Assembly (NCBI RefSeq): GCF_001194135.2
Contig: NC_068985.1
Coordinates: forward strand, 5,452,917-5,516,916
Length of the DNA stretch: 64,000 nucleotides
Origin: Octopus bimaculoides
Lineage: Eukaryota
Direction: 5' to 3'
Shown here: piece after piece, positions 25,415-37,611 of the stretch
Layout of the letters: the number at the start of each line of letters is the position of its first letter
How positions within the stretch are numbered: position 1 is the first letter of the stretch
Made by a program: the position numbers and the translations under genes
The notes under the pieces: generated by a model
The model's database searches: none
Told to the model about the DNA's origin: nothing
What the model saw: only the letters and a program-made list of their open reading frames with translations

Positions 25415-26060
25415 AGGCGGCGAGCTGGCAGAAACGTTAGCACGCCGGGCGAAATGGTTAGCGGTATTTCGTCTGTTTTTACGTTCTGAGTTTAAATTCA
25501 GTCGAGGTCGACTTTGCCTTTCAATCTTTCTGGGTCGATGAAATAAGTTTCCTGTTACGCACTGCTGTCCATATAATCAACTAGCCCCCTTCCCGCCAAA
25601 ATTTTCAAGGTCTCGTGCCTAGAGAAGAATAAATATTTACTTCTCGATAAGGCGGCGAACTGGCAGAAACATTAGCACGTCGGGCAAAATGCTTATCGGT
25701 ATTTCGTCAGTCTTTACGTTCTGAGTTCAAATTCCGCCGATGTCAACTTTGCTTTTCATCCTTTCGGAGTCGATAAATTAAGTACCAGCTGCGTACTGGG
25801 GTCGATCTAATCGACTGGTACCCGCCCCCAAAATTATGGGCTTTGTGCCTAGAGTAGAAAAGAATATACTTGGTGATAAATTTAGTCCATCTTTGCGCTC
25901 TGAGTTCAAATTCCGTCGAGATCGACTCTGCTTTTCAGGTCGACTCTGCTTCAGGTCGACTCTGCTCCAAGTCGACTCTGCTTCAAGTCGACTCTGCTTT
26001 TCAGGTCGACTCTGCTTCAGGCCGACTCTGCTTTCGGAGTCGATAAAATAAGTACCAGCT
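25415..26060 (+). mobile_element. Cluster of three SINE family B copies; the third has a 7x tandem amplification of the core
   Basis: Heads at about 25416 and 25651. The third copy (25880-26060) repeats gtcgactctgctt(tt)cag at 25920-26036. Confidence 0.85.
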
Positions 26061-26298
26061 GAGAATGCTAATTTCACGCGCAGGCTGTTCTTTTAAAGGT
26101 TCAACTAGCCGACAGAATGCTAGTAAAATGGTGGAATTTGAGAGCGAGATTTGACTGCTCCTTTTAGTAAGGCAATGCATAATGCAGAAACGGTTTCAAA
26201 AGCTCCAAGAAAAGTTCTTGTGCGCGTGCGTGCGTGCGTGTATGTATCTATTTATGTATGTATGCATGTATGCATGCTTGTATGTATGTATGCATGTA

Positions 26299-26500
26299 CA
26301 GTAATGCCTCCATTATCGCGGGTGTTACGTTCCAAAACACCCCACGATAAGTAGAAATCCGCGAAGTAGAAAAAGTACCGTACTGTATATTTATTATTAT
26401 TATTTTTATGATTTGTATATATTTCTTTTATTTATAAATGCAAAACAGCATCACGGAGGAATCGACGTAAGCTTAAATAATAAACCGCGAGGGATTACTG
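26299..26500. mobile_element. Tc1/mariner-superfamily (pogo/Tigger-like) MITE
   Basis: Termini cagtaatgcctc / gagggattactg; TA at 26297-98 and 26501-02. Confidence 0.75.
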
Positions 26501-26578
26501 TATGTGTGTATGTATGTGCGTGTGTGTTTGTGTTTGTGTGTGTGTATGTGTGTGTATGTGTGTGTATATGTATGTATG

Positions 26579-26830
26579 TTATTATTCAGTTTATTTCAAG
26601 ATTTCTTGTCAATAAAGAACTGGTTTCTAACCTAGATCGAAGGTCCCTTCATTGGAATTTCAACACCAACTACAAGGTATTTTTGCTTGTACATATGTAT
26701 GCATGTGCAAGTATGTATGTATGTATGTATGTATATATTCTCATGCATATAGTTGCATATCTAGACATGCTCATATATATTTAAATGATAAACTTCTGGA
26801 AAGTTTTACAGATTTTTACAGTTCCAGTGA
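26579..26830 (-). mobile_element. Family E LINE 3' end in (TATG)n
   Basis: Contains the C-terminal coding remnant (ggaactgtaaaaatctgtaaaact) and 3' UTR; TATG repeats abut both junctions. Confidence 0.85.
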
Positions 26831-26860
26831 TGTATGTATGTATGTATGTACGCGTGTCTT

Positions 26861-26945
<85 letters not shown>

Positions 26946-27828
26946 GTGCGTGTGCGTTTATTCTAACAGACTGGGAGCAATAAAAAATGAAAGACAAAGG
27001 AGGCAGAACAATTTTATGATCAAGTGTATAACAAGACTGGAGATTATCTGGGCTGGCAACAATTAGTCCATAACAGATTACATTCAAAGAAGCCGCTAAG
27101 TTTAATTACAATGAGTGGGGTTGAACAATCTAACGTTTCGAAATACTGACTTTTCGTCTGAGAGTTTAGTCACAATCGGTTGCAACTTCATAAAATGCTA
27201 GGTAGCAATCGAAATGTCTGTCGTAGAATCAAAGCGACTAGATTTTCTCTATTGTTATTCACTGTCAGGCGAAGGGCAAGCCCCTACCACGTTCGCTTAT
27301 TCACTTTCCGCTATAAATGAACTTGCTGAACTTTCTTTAGAACTCTCCTCTGATGTCAGAACGTTAATGGACGAAACTAAACACTTAAAACAAACAAAAA
27401 CAAAAAAACACAAAAGAAACAAAAGGAGTTTAACGTGTCGGAATTATTCATGTCACGTCACATCACAAACAAGGCTTTTCATATTATTTCCAATTCAATT
27501 CTGACCGACACAGGCCAGTTCTTGCGACTTTTCCTTGCAATACAGTACACTATTTACCCAGACACCGTCTCTTCTACAGATACAGACACACACAGTCACA
27601 CACACGCATACGCACACATACATATATACACGTTTGTGTGTATATATATATGTGTCTGTGTGTGTGTCTGTGTATACAAAACATCTTATACAAATGTATT
27701 TAACCACTATTAACAGGCAAATTACACTTCATTTTGAACATATGTGCTCATGAATGTCACTCACTCACACACACCACACATATATACACACAGCTACACC
27801 CGTAGATATTACACACACACGCATATAC

Positions 27829-27889
<61 letters not shown>

Positions 27890-28071
27890 CTTTGTTAATA
27901 AAGCTGCAAAGAGATCTCAAAAACTGTTACTCAGAGTTCAACGTTCCCGTTCATGGGACGGTTTTCGTCCGACGAACGGGAGCGTGAAACTCTGAGTAAC
28001 AGTTTTTGTGATGTCTTTGCAGCTTTATTAATAAAGCGTATTACTCTACTTCCAGTAGTCGAGTACTATTT

Positions 28072-28111
<40 letters not shown>

Positions 28112-28119
28112 GCGCGTGT

Positions 28120-28320
28120 GGAGTCGCAATGGCCCAGTGGTTAGGGCAGCGGACTCGCCTCTCAGACCGGGCGTTGTGAGTGTTTATTGAGCGAAAACAC
28201 CTAAAGCTCCACGAGGCTCGGACAGGGGTGGGGTGGGGAACCCTGTTGTACTCTTTCACCACAACTTTCTCTCACTCTTTCTTCCTGTTTCTGTTGTACC
28301 TGTATTTCAAAGGGCCAGCG
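28120..28320 (+). mobile_element. SINE body C + start of tail X, 3'-truncated
   Basis: Matches 15508-15725. Confidence 0.8.
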
Positions 28321-28400
28321 ATGGATTTGAAAAATTATGATATGTAAAGATCAGACATGCGCTATTCTGCCTCATAATTATATGGTAATCTTTGGCGCAC

Positions 28401-28467
28401 CCGCTGATGAGAACTTCGCCCAGTAAATTATTTTATTTGCTAATTAAAGTGCGAAACCATGGTCCGG
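28401..28467 (+). ncRNA. Minimal type I hammerhead ribozyme motif (HH6)
   Basis: ccg CTGATGA gaactt...aagtgc GAAA CCATGG TC cgg: canonical spacing, palindromic stem III ACCATGGT, GUC triplet (predicted cut after 28464). Confidence 0.65.
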
Positions 28468-28621
28468 TAACAAAATATGGTAAATGTTTTTATTTTTCAT
28501 TCCCTTCGAAATTACCCCTAACCGTGGTTAGGATCTTGTCTGGTCCTTCTAGTATGCTAGATTTCCCGTCAAGACACCTCTGATGCGTTTAAATGTACAC
28601 TAATTATATATATATATATAT

Positions 28622-28862
28622 ATGTGGCCCGTGATGTTTGGCGCCACACGATCTTCAGCGCGGTCAACAAGTTTGAAGAACATAGAAGAGACGCGCATAA
28701 ACAAGAGACGCAGGAGGAAGGCCCAAGCCGCCTCTGACACCACACCGGATGTTACCTTCGTCTGTGGACACTGCTCACGGGCCTGCCTTTCCCACATCGG
28801 ACTTGTCAGTCATGAGACGACGTGGACAGCCTTCCTAATCTGCGTTCGCGAAGCTAAGTCAA
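28622..28862 (+). mobile_element. 3' end of RTE-clade LINE (C-terminal C2H2-like finger)
   Basis: ...RRRRKAQAASDTTPDVTFVCGHCSRACLSHIGLVSHE; ends taatctgcgttcgcgaagctaagtc. Confidence 0.75.
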
Positions 28863-29221
28863 GATATGTATGTATATATATATATTTAAATATACATATG
28901 TGATATATATATGTGTGTGTGTATATACACAGACATAATTGTCTGTATAGAAGTAAATGATTCGCCATCAGTTTCTATGAGGGGAATTCTATTTCTTCGA
29001 TGGCTTAAATCTACTTTCTCATTAAACTTATTCCAACATTTCACAAATAAGTCCAAGTAATCCCCGAAAACCCGCTTCCTACAATGAGTGACAAGAAAGA
29101 TGGCATTTCATTCCTGGGGAAGAAACTTGGAGAATTTAAAGAAGACACTTGCCCAATGCATTGTGAGCGAATCGAAGACCTTATAACTTCGATGTGAACG
29201 TCTTAAACACTGATGGATGTT

Positions 29222-29575
29222 TAGGCGCAGGTGTGGATGTGTGTAAGAACTTTCTTCCGAATTTATGTGGCTCCGAGTTCAATCCTACAGCGTGGAAGCT
29301 TGTGCAAGTGTTTTTTTATAGCCTTGGGCCAACCAATGCCTTGCGTTTAGATCTGGTTGACGGAAACAGAAACACAAACACACATAGTTTGTGTGTTTGT
29401 GTGTGTGTGTGTACATGTGTGAGCCACTCAGTTTGATCCCCACCAGCGCTTGACAACCGGCGTTGGTTTGTTTACGTCGTCATAAGTTTGCGGTTTGGCA
29501 GGACATTCTTTCGATTAAAACACTTCAAGGCGGTACCCCAGCATGGCCGCAGACCATTTACTGAAGCAAACTGAA
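29222..29575 (+). mobile_element. SINE family A, degenerate
   Basis: ggcgcaggtgtgg head through ggcggtaccccagcatggccgcag tail. Confidence 0.7.
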
Positions 29576-30581
29576 GATGAGTAAGCCACACACACACACA
29601 CACTTAAATACACACACGTACACGCACACATCCACACGCATTCACAAAGACACACAGAGAGTATATCTTTTTTTCTCTGTTATAACACGTTGCTGCTATG
29701 GCATACATTAATGCAGACGTCCATAGCTTGGTATCTACATACTTACATACATACGTAGATAGATATCCACAACACACAATACATATACATACATATTTGC
29801 ATACAGTTCTGTATAAACTTAATATTGACTTAATTGATATTCATATTTTCCTGAATCTTCATGAATAAAAGCAAAAGTATATAATACCCTAGGGATATTA
29901 AATACCAATATTATACAAACTATTGAAATCACAGATAATATACCATCATCGTGGACAGGAATTGGAGACGATAAAAGAAAAATTACAGCAAATAAACAAA
30001 ATGAAATAAAAACTATCTAATATTATACCCTAATGAGACAATTAATTGAATTCTTTGCGAATAGTCATCAATATAAAGTCCCGGTTATCAAATTTCCGCC
30101 ATATTTCACGCTGCATTAATGGCGTTTCGATGATTTCATTGACAAGGCACGTAACTCGTGTAATACTCTTCAAACAATTGTTCTCAGTAGATAACTCTTT
30201 CATTACTCCAAGGGATCCTGTGTTATAATTGATTGTTTATTTTATTTAACTATGTCGAAATTGTTTGTTTACAGGATCACTAAGTTTCTGAGGTCGAAGG
30301 TGTAATTGGAATGTCTGTAATTCCGTGTACAATAAATATCACTTGACGTTTTGTTTGACGAAATCCGCTGTTTCGATTTTTCGGTGATGTTTATAAAGTC
30401 ACAAACACATAGCTGCAGCCATGCTTCAAGACTACAATAAGTCTAAAAAGTCCATGTCAGGAACATCCAGCTTTTATTGTTCATTGGCTGTAAACCAGTG
30501 ATTCTAAACCGGGGTCCATAAAAATCTTTGATGTTAAAAATCACGAGCGCTATATTAGTTTCATTACTACAGTACACATCA

Positions 30582-30983
30582 TATGCTGCGTGGTAAGTAG
30601 CTTGCTTACCAGTCACATGGTTCTGGGTTCATTCCCACTGCATGGCACCTTGGGCAAGAGTCTTCTACTATAGCCTCGGGCTGACCAAAGCCTTGTGAAT
30701 GGATTTGGTAGACGGAAACTGAAAGAAGCCTGTCGTATATATGTATATATATATATGTGTGTGTGTGTGTATATGTTTGTATGTCTATGTTTGTCCCCCC
30801 CCCCAACATCGCTTGGCAACCGATGGGGGTGTGTTTGCGTCCCCGTAACATAGCGGTTCGGTAAAAGAGACCGATAGAATAAGTACTAGGCTTACAAAGA
30901 ATAAGTACTGGGGTTGATGTACTCGACTAAAGGCGGTGCTCCAGCATGGCCGCAGTTAAATGACTGAAACAAGTAAAGAGAGT
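30582..30983 (+). mobile_element. SINE family A, near full length (tRNA-like head, CORE-like gcaccttgggcaag, CR1-like tail)
   Basis: B-box-like gggttcattccc, accttgggcaagagtct resembling the MIR/CORE domain, tail ggcggtgctccagcatggccgcag..ctgaaacaagtaaa. Confidence 0.85.
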
Positions 30984-31176
30984 ATAATATTTTAACAATT
31001 TTTTAAATGTAATTTCCAATGAGATTTAATTATAAGAATATAACAGAATGTTTAAACATCGAATGGCAAGGAGAGTCCACTCTAGGAAAATAGGAATCAA
31101 ATGGATCGATAGGCAAAAAGAAAAGAAAAGAAATGGATGAGAACCATTGCACAAAAACATCAACAATAGAGCGGAT

Positions 31177-31311
31177 GGAGTAAAGATTATTTGCCAACAT
31201 AGCATGGCAGTCTTAGTTTAGGACGAATGTTGCTGTAATTTAGCCCCAGGAAACATCTTCTCCAGCTGGCTATACAACTGCCATGTTATGTTGGCAAATA
31301 ATCTTTACTCC
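31177..31311. repeat. Inverted repeat, 35-bp arms with one mismatch
   Basis: ggagtaaagattatttgccaacatagcatggcagt vs actgccatgttatgttggcaaataatctttactcc. A related uninverted copy lies at about 39535-39660. Confidence 0.8.
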
Positions 31312-31747
31312 AAAGTACTGTTGTAAGATTTACAAATAGTAATTTTGTAATAGAGCGGATATTTGATCGAAGACGCTCCATATGCGCCATTCAAGTAGTA
31401 TGAATAGAGATCGCATGATATATCAGTCAGTAATGGCATTAGAACGGAGTTTACGATAACTGTTATCAATTCTACTCTAACATCATTATGTACAATTACC
31501 TACCACATGACGTATGGTAAATTAACGTCACAGGAGGCCTATTTAAGCAAATTATCAAGTAATTACATACAACAACCGTTCAAATACCGGGTACTATCCA
31601 CACCAAAATATAATGAAATCCCTCCTTTATTACTGAAAAGAAAATATAGAATTTGCGCCTATCCAAATCCACCTCCTTCTTGGTGGTATTAGACAAATTT
31701 TAAATCTTTAATCTTTAAGCCGTCATTTTATTTCTTTATTTATGTTT

Positions 31748-32275
31748 ATTAGTTTCAGCTCAAAGCAGTGGCCATGCTGGGGCACCGTCGTTTTGCTACA
31801 CTGTTATTATTGAGAGCCTCCTCTAATATGTGGCATTCGGTGAATACGGGAGTTTGATGTCGCTACCCTCATTTGTGTCTCTTACCGCGAGGTAGGTTCA
31901 TCTGGGACTCTCGACAGGAAGAGATCCAGTTTTAATTGGAAAACACCTACATACACATTGTGTAAGTCCCTCAGGCTCTTTGGGAGAATGTTAAAAAGCT
32001 GTCAGACCCTGAAACCCGGAATGTTGCAGTAATTGGTCCAGAAGCGCGCTGGCATTGCTGGGATCTTTGGCACTGTGCAGTGTCGACGCGTTCTGGCATT
32101 TGTGTAGCTTTCAATGCCAAAATTTGGCACAATCCCTTCCAGGATCTTCATTTCTTTCTTTAATTTTTTTTTATTAAAGATGTCGGTTTTTTCACCTCGA
32201 TTTCCGATCTCAGGTTCCGCTCCTATGCGAAACACTTACAGAGAGGATAGCTTATTGGCACTCAGCTGCGAAAGA
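31748..32275 (-). mobile_element. 5'-truncated CR1/L2-group LINE 3' end
   Basis: KILEGIVPNFGIESYTNARTRRHCTVPKIP..GFRV*QLFNILPKSLRDL..FQLKLDLFLSRVPDEP..GGSQ**, then a short 3' UTR. Confidence 0.8.
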
Positions 32276-32645
32276 TTCATAAAAACGGCAACAACCATTG
32301 CTATACGCACAGAAGTTTAGGGGAGGAGTCTTGAAATTTGATGGTAGAACAAAATCGAACCGTTTCATTCAGATGTTGTATTCGGAAATGTATAAATAAA
32401 CGAACAAATAAATAAAAATAATAATAATATCGTCATATCCTAGATTACTTTATTGGTAATAAGGGATCGATAACACGAGTTCAATTCGAATTGGAAGCTC
32501 AGATGTTATTTCATATAATCAATTCCAGGATATTTAAAATCCATATCAAACAGGTGAGTTGAATACACCCCATTGTGTATATGCATACATGTGCACACAT
32601 CGACTATATATATGCATATATATATATATATATATATATATACTA

Positions 32646-33022
32646 CTCTTTTACATGCTTCAGTCGTTTGACAGTGGCCATGCTGGAGCACCGCCTATAG
32701 TCGAAGAAATCGATCTCAGGACTTATTCTTTGTAAAATCTGTACTTATTCTGTCAGTTCTTATGCCGAACTGCTAAGTTTCAAGGACAAACACACCAACA
32801 TCGGTTGTCAAGCGATGGTGTGGGGACAAGCACGAATGCAAAGACACACACACCTAAACACACACATATGCGACGAGCTTCTTTCAGTTTCCGTGTACTA
32901 AAGCCTTGTGAGTGGTCCGAGGCTATAGCAGAAGACGCTTGCCCAAGGTACCACGCAGTAGAACTGAAGTCGGAATCGTGTTCCTGGGAAGCAAGCTTCT
33001 TACCACATAGCCACGGCTGTGC
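32646..33022 (-). mobile_element. SINE family A (left member of head-to-head pair)
   Basis: Reverse match to 30582-30983. Confidence 0.85.
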
Positions 33023-33079
33023 CTGTATGTGTGTGTGTGTGTGTGTTTTTTTTTTCTCTTTCCGTCATGTATGTATGTA

Positions 33080-33568
33080 GGGACGCAGGAGTGGCTATGC
33101 GGTAACAAGTTTTCTTCGCGACCATATGGTTCCGGGTTCAGTTACACTGCGCAGCACCTTCATCAAATATTTTCTACTATAGCTTCGGGCCTATCAAAGC
33201 TTTGTGAGTGGATTTGGTGGACGGTAACTGAAAGAATCTCGTCGGCGTATATGTGTCTTAGCATGTGTGTGCGTGTCTTAGCATATGTGTGTGTGTCTTA
33301 GTGTGTGTGTCTTAGTGTGTGTGTCTTAGCATGTGTGTGCGTGTCTTAGTGTGTTTGTGTATCTTTGAGTGCCTATGTCTTTGTGCTTGTTTCCGAACTG
33401 CGTCGGGGCGTTTACGTACCCCGTAACATTAGCGGTTCGGCAAAAGAGACTGACAGAATAAGTATCAGGCTTAACATAAATATTTACAGGAGTTGATTCA
33501 GTCACTTAGAAATTCTTCAAGGTGGTACTCCAGTCTGGTCGCAGTCTAACGACTGAAACGACTAAAAA
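33080..33568 (+). mobile_element. SINE family A (right member of head-to-head pair)
   Basis: ggacgcaggagtggctatgcggtaac head; internal gtgtgtcttag tandem array; tail gactgaaacgactaaaa. Confidence 0.85.
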
Positions 33569-34260
33569 TAATATATGTTTATTTCGTATATTTTCATTTG
33601 TCTTGCTCATTTTTGCATTCTGGCGTTTTTGCTGAGATTTTTTTTGAGAACACACTCTTCGTGGTAAGCCGAATTGACGTCTATCTTTAGCATATTAGGA
33701 ATCCACTTTAGTGGTCATTCCTCTTATTAATTGTGTATATATATATATATATATATATNNNNNNNNNNNNNNNNNNNNNNNNNNNNNNNNNNNNNNNNNN
33801 NNNNNNNNNNNNNNNNNNNNNNNNNNNNNNNNNNNNNNNNNNNNNNNNNNNNNNNNNNNNNNNNNNNNNNNNNNNNNNNNNNNNNNNNNNNNNNNNNNNN
33901 NNNNNNNNNNNNNNNNNNNNNNNNNNNNNNNNNNNNNNNNNNNNNNNNNNNNNNNNNNNNNNNNNNNNNNNNNNNNNNNNNNNNNNNNNNNNNNNNNNNN
34001 NNNNNNNNNNNNNNNNNNNNNNNNNNNNNNNNNNNNNNNNNNNNNNNNNNNNNNNNNNNNNNNNNNNNNNNNNNNNNNNNNNNNNNNNNNNNNNNNNNNN
34101 NNNNNNNNNNNNNNNNNNNNNNNNNNNNNNNNNNNNNNNNNNNNNNNNNNNNNNNNTATATATATATATATATATATATATTTACATATATATATATATA
34201 TGTATGTGCGTGTATATATATGTGTATGTGTATGTGTATTGCGTGTGTGTTTGTGTATAG

Positions 34261-34312
<52 letters not shown>

Positions 34313-34905
34313 CACACACAAGTATATATGAATTTGAATAGAGGCATACACATCGCTCAGATATACAAAAATATATACGCATATACACACAGACAATTAT
34401 GCATACATAATTAATCTGAAATAAAATCTACGAATAATTAGTGAAAAAAATCCTCAGAATACGTTTTCATATACCATCATATAAACGACTTAACTTTCCT
34501 TTCCTCAACTCATTTTCTGAAAATACTTTATGCTTTAGTTTTGTAAATTTTATATACTATTATTTTTACGAGTTTTTCTTCTCCAATTTGTAAATATTAT
34601 CCTGAAATGTTTATCACTAGTTATAAATTAATTGCTTTCTATTTATGAATTATAGGAAAATATTTCAAACAAAAATATTAATGACAATGCCTAGAAGGTC
34701 CTTAAATATTTTGCGATAGGGAAATGAAAATAAACGTTAATGTGTTTCATAGGAAGTCATCTTAATGTTTTATTATATGGGAAAATGTAAATGGCTAATT
34801 ACGCTTGCATGCAACTGTGTGTGCATGGAGACCTGTTGCTCTCTTTATATATACACTTGCATATGTGTGTTGATATATATACACTTGTATGCGTATGTTC
34901 ATATA

Positions 34906-34956
<51 letters not shown>

Positions 34957-35486
34957 NNNNNNNNNNNNNNNNNNNNNNNNNNNNNNNNNNNNNNNNNNNN
35001 NNNNNNNNNNNNNNNNNNNNNNNNNNNNNNNNNNNNNNNNNNNNNNNNNNNNNNNNNNNNNNNNNNNNNNNNNNNNNNNNNNNNNNNNNNNNNNNNNNNN
35101 NNNNNNNNNNNNNNNNNNNNNNNNNNNNNNNNNNNNNNNNNNNNNNNNNNNNNNNNNNNNNNNNNNNNNNNNNNNNNNNNNNNNNNNNNNNNNNNNNNNN
35201 NNNNNNNNNNNNNNNNNNNNNNNNNNNNNNNNNNNNNNNNNNNNNNNNNNNNNNNNNNNNNNNNNNNNNNNNNNNNNNNNNNNNNNNNNNNNNNNNNNNN
35301 NNNNTATATATGTGAGTGTGTGTGTATGTGTTTGTATGTGTGTGTATGTGTGCGTTTGTATGTATGTATGTATTGATGGGTGTCTCTAATAGAAACGTAT
35401 AGAATGAAAGCAACACATATCCGCGAGTTTCTTTTCTTAAATAGGTCTGTGTATGTGCCTACAAATTGGAGAGAAAGAAGGAAAGA

Positions 35487-35590
<104 letters not shown>

Positions 35591-36393
35591 TTGAGTCGTA
35601 AAAGATCTTCAACTGACCTGATAAAGGTAACATGTACTCCTGGCTTCTATAATGCTTGAGTTAATCGCAAACAGGAAATTGGCCTAAGAAAAAGAAGAGA
35701 AAAAGTGAAAGTTAACGCAGAAATTAATATTACAGGAGACATCATGCTTCTGTGTTAATTTGAGTTTTAAACACATAGAGAGACATGCCTCCGAACGCAA
35801 ACACACACATACACACCACAAACACACACACACACACACACAGACACACACACACAAAGATACAGAGAGAGGCTTAAGTATACATAAATGTGTGTGTATG
35901 GGTACATATATTTTTTTAGGCGTATATATACACATACATACAATCCCATAAACGCGCATTCATGTACATATACTAGTTCCCAATTAAAAACACACACAAA
36001 CAATTATGCGTATGTATAATATTTCAATATCGAACTTACACACATAGCTGTAGCATACATTTTCGCGCTAATTTAAACACACCCCGCCACACACATATCA
36101 CAATATCAATAATTAAAATCTTAACAGAAATTGGCATTCTATCATCAGCCGCTATATTGGACATCATTATAGTTTTGACGCATTTTCAGAAGCATCTTCG
36201 GTATGTAAAGCAACCATAGAGGTCACATGATCGTTAAATGACTAAGCAGACTATAAATTAATCAGCTTGAAGTTCCCTCTGATTACAGGGAGATAAAAAA
36301 TTGACAGAAATAAACATTGTGCTTGCAATTAACACCGAGAACAAAATATTGTTTATGAGAAAGGTAATATACATATACATATACATATACATG

Positions 36394-36427
<34 letters not shown>

Positions 36428-36823
36428 TATATANNNNNNNNNNNNNNNNNNNNNNNNNNNNNNNNNNNNNNNNNNNNNNNNNNNNNNNNNNNNNNNNNNN
36501 NNNNNNNNNNNNNNNNNNNNNNNNNNNNNNNNNNNNNNNNNNNNNNNNNNNNNNNNNNNNNNNNNNNNNNNNNNNNNNNNNNNNNNNNNNNNNNNNNNNN
36601 NNNNNNNNNNNNNNNNNNNNNNNNNNNNNNNNNNNNNNNNNNNNNNNNNNNNNNNNNNNNNNNNNNNNNNNNNNNNNNNNNNNNNNNNAGTAGCTAGCGT
36701 GAAAAAAACCTCTTAAGGGAAAACATCATTTATTCCCCCAAATATATTTATTTATATAAGGGCATTACTATACATGAATGCCTCACGCTTAGAGGGACTC
36801 TAAGGTCAAACTACCATAATTAT

Positions 36824-36891
<68 letters not shown>

Positions 36892-36895
<4 letters not shown>

Positions 36896-37600
36896 CAATG
36901 CACCCCAGCGTTGCCCGGATGTTATGACCTACAGCTACATTGTATTATTTGTTCCTTTCTTATGGACACAATCAGCATATGGAGAGTGTGAAGCAAACAA
37001 CTCTTCTTTATAAACATGTTTTTCGATCATTTTTCGATGAACAATGCTGAAATTGTGGTCGCCAAAAACATGTAGAATGGTAGCTTAGATTATAAGGAAA
37101 TCCCAATATTGCCCCCAGAATTACCTCGACTTACGGATTTAAAATATTGGATGACGTATGAGGACGTAGAGGTGTCCGTATTGCAGAAAGTAAGGTACAT
37201 GGAAAGAAAGCTGCTTCATTGTGAAAAGCATCATTTCTAATATTTGGACAGACAGCACACTACAACATATGTTAAGTGAAACCGACAATGATTCGGGGTA
37301 AACTGTGTTTCGCGTAAGCCTAGTATTGATAGAATAAATATACAAGCCATCTGCACTGCTAACTGGAGAGCATGCGATATATAGTTGTCCATGAGCAAAG
37401 CAGGATATTTGTAAATTGAGACCTACAATTTTTCAAGTTTGACCCTGTGCTTTGTTGATTGTCATAGCAAAGCATAATTGTACTGGGAATAGGAGGTGCT
37501 TGAATTGAAATGACACATTTGAGTGAATAAGGGACATGCGTGGAATGTATGCGATCTCTACTTGATGACAGCGTGTGCATCAATTTAGCTTTTGAATGAT
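36892..37600 (-). mobile_element. Helitron 3' portion: PIF1-like helicase C-terminus remnant, 3' hairpin and CTAG terminus
   Basis: Minus translation AYIPRMSLIHSNVSFQFKHLLFPVQLCFAMTINKAQGQT*KIVGLNLQISCFAHGQLYIACS..LTRNTVYPESL. The terminus is ccgggcaacgctgggg..gCTAG|T at 36892. Confidence 0.9.
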
Positions 37601-37611
37601 GACACCGTACT

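Noticed and set aside
25920-26036. CRISPR-like repeat array (also 37704-37788)
   Set aside because: There are no unique spacers, the context is eukaryotic, and the units derive from SINE cores.
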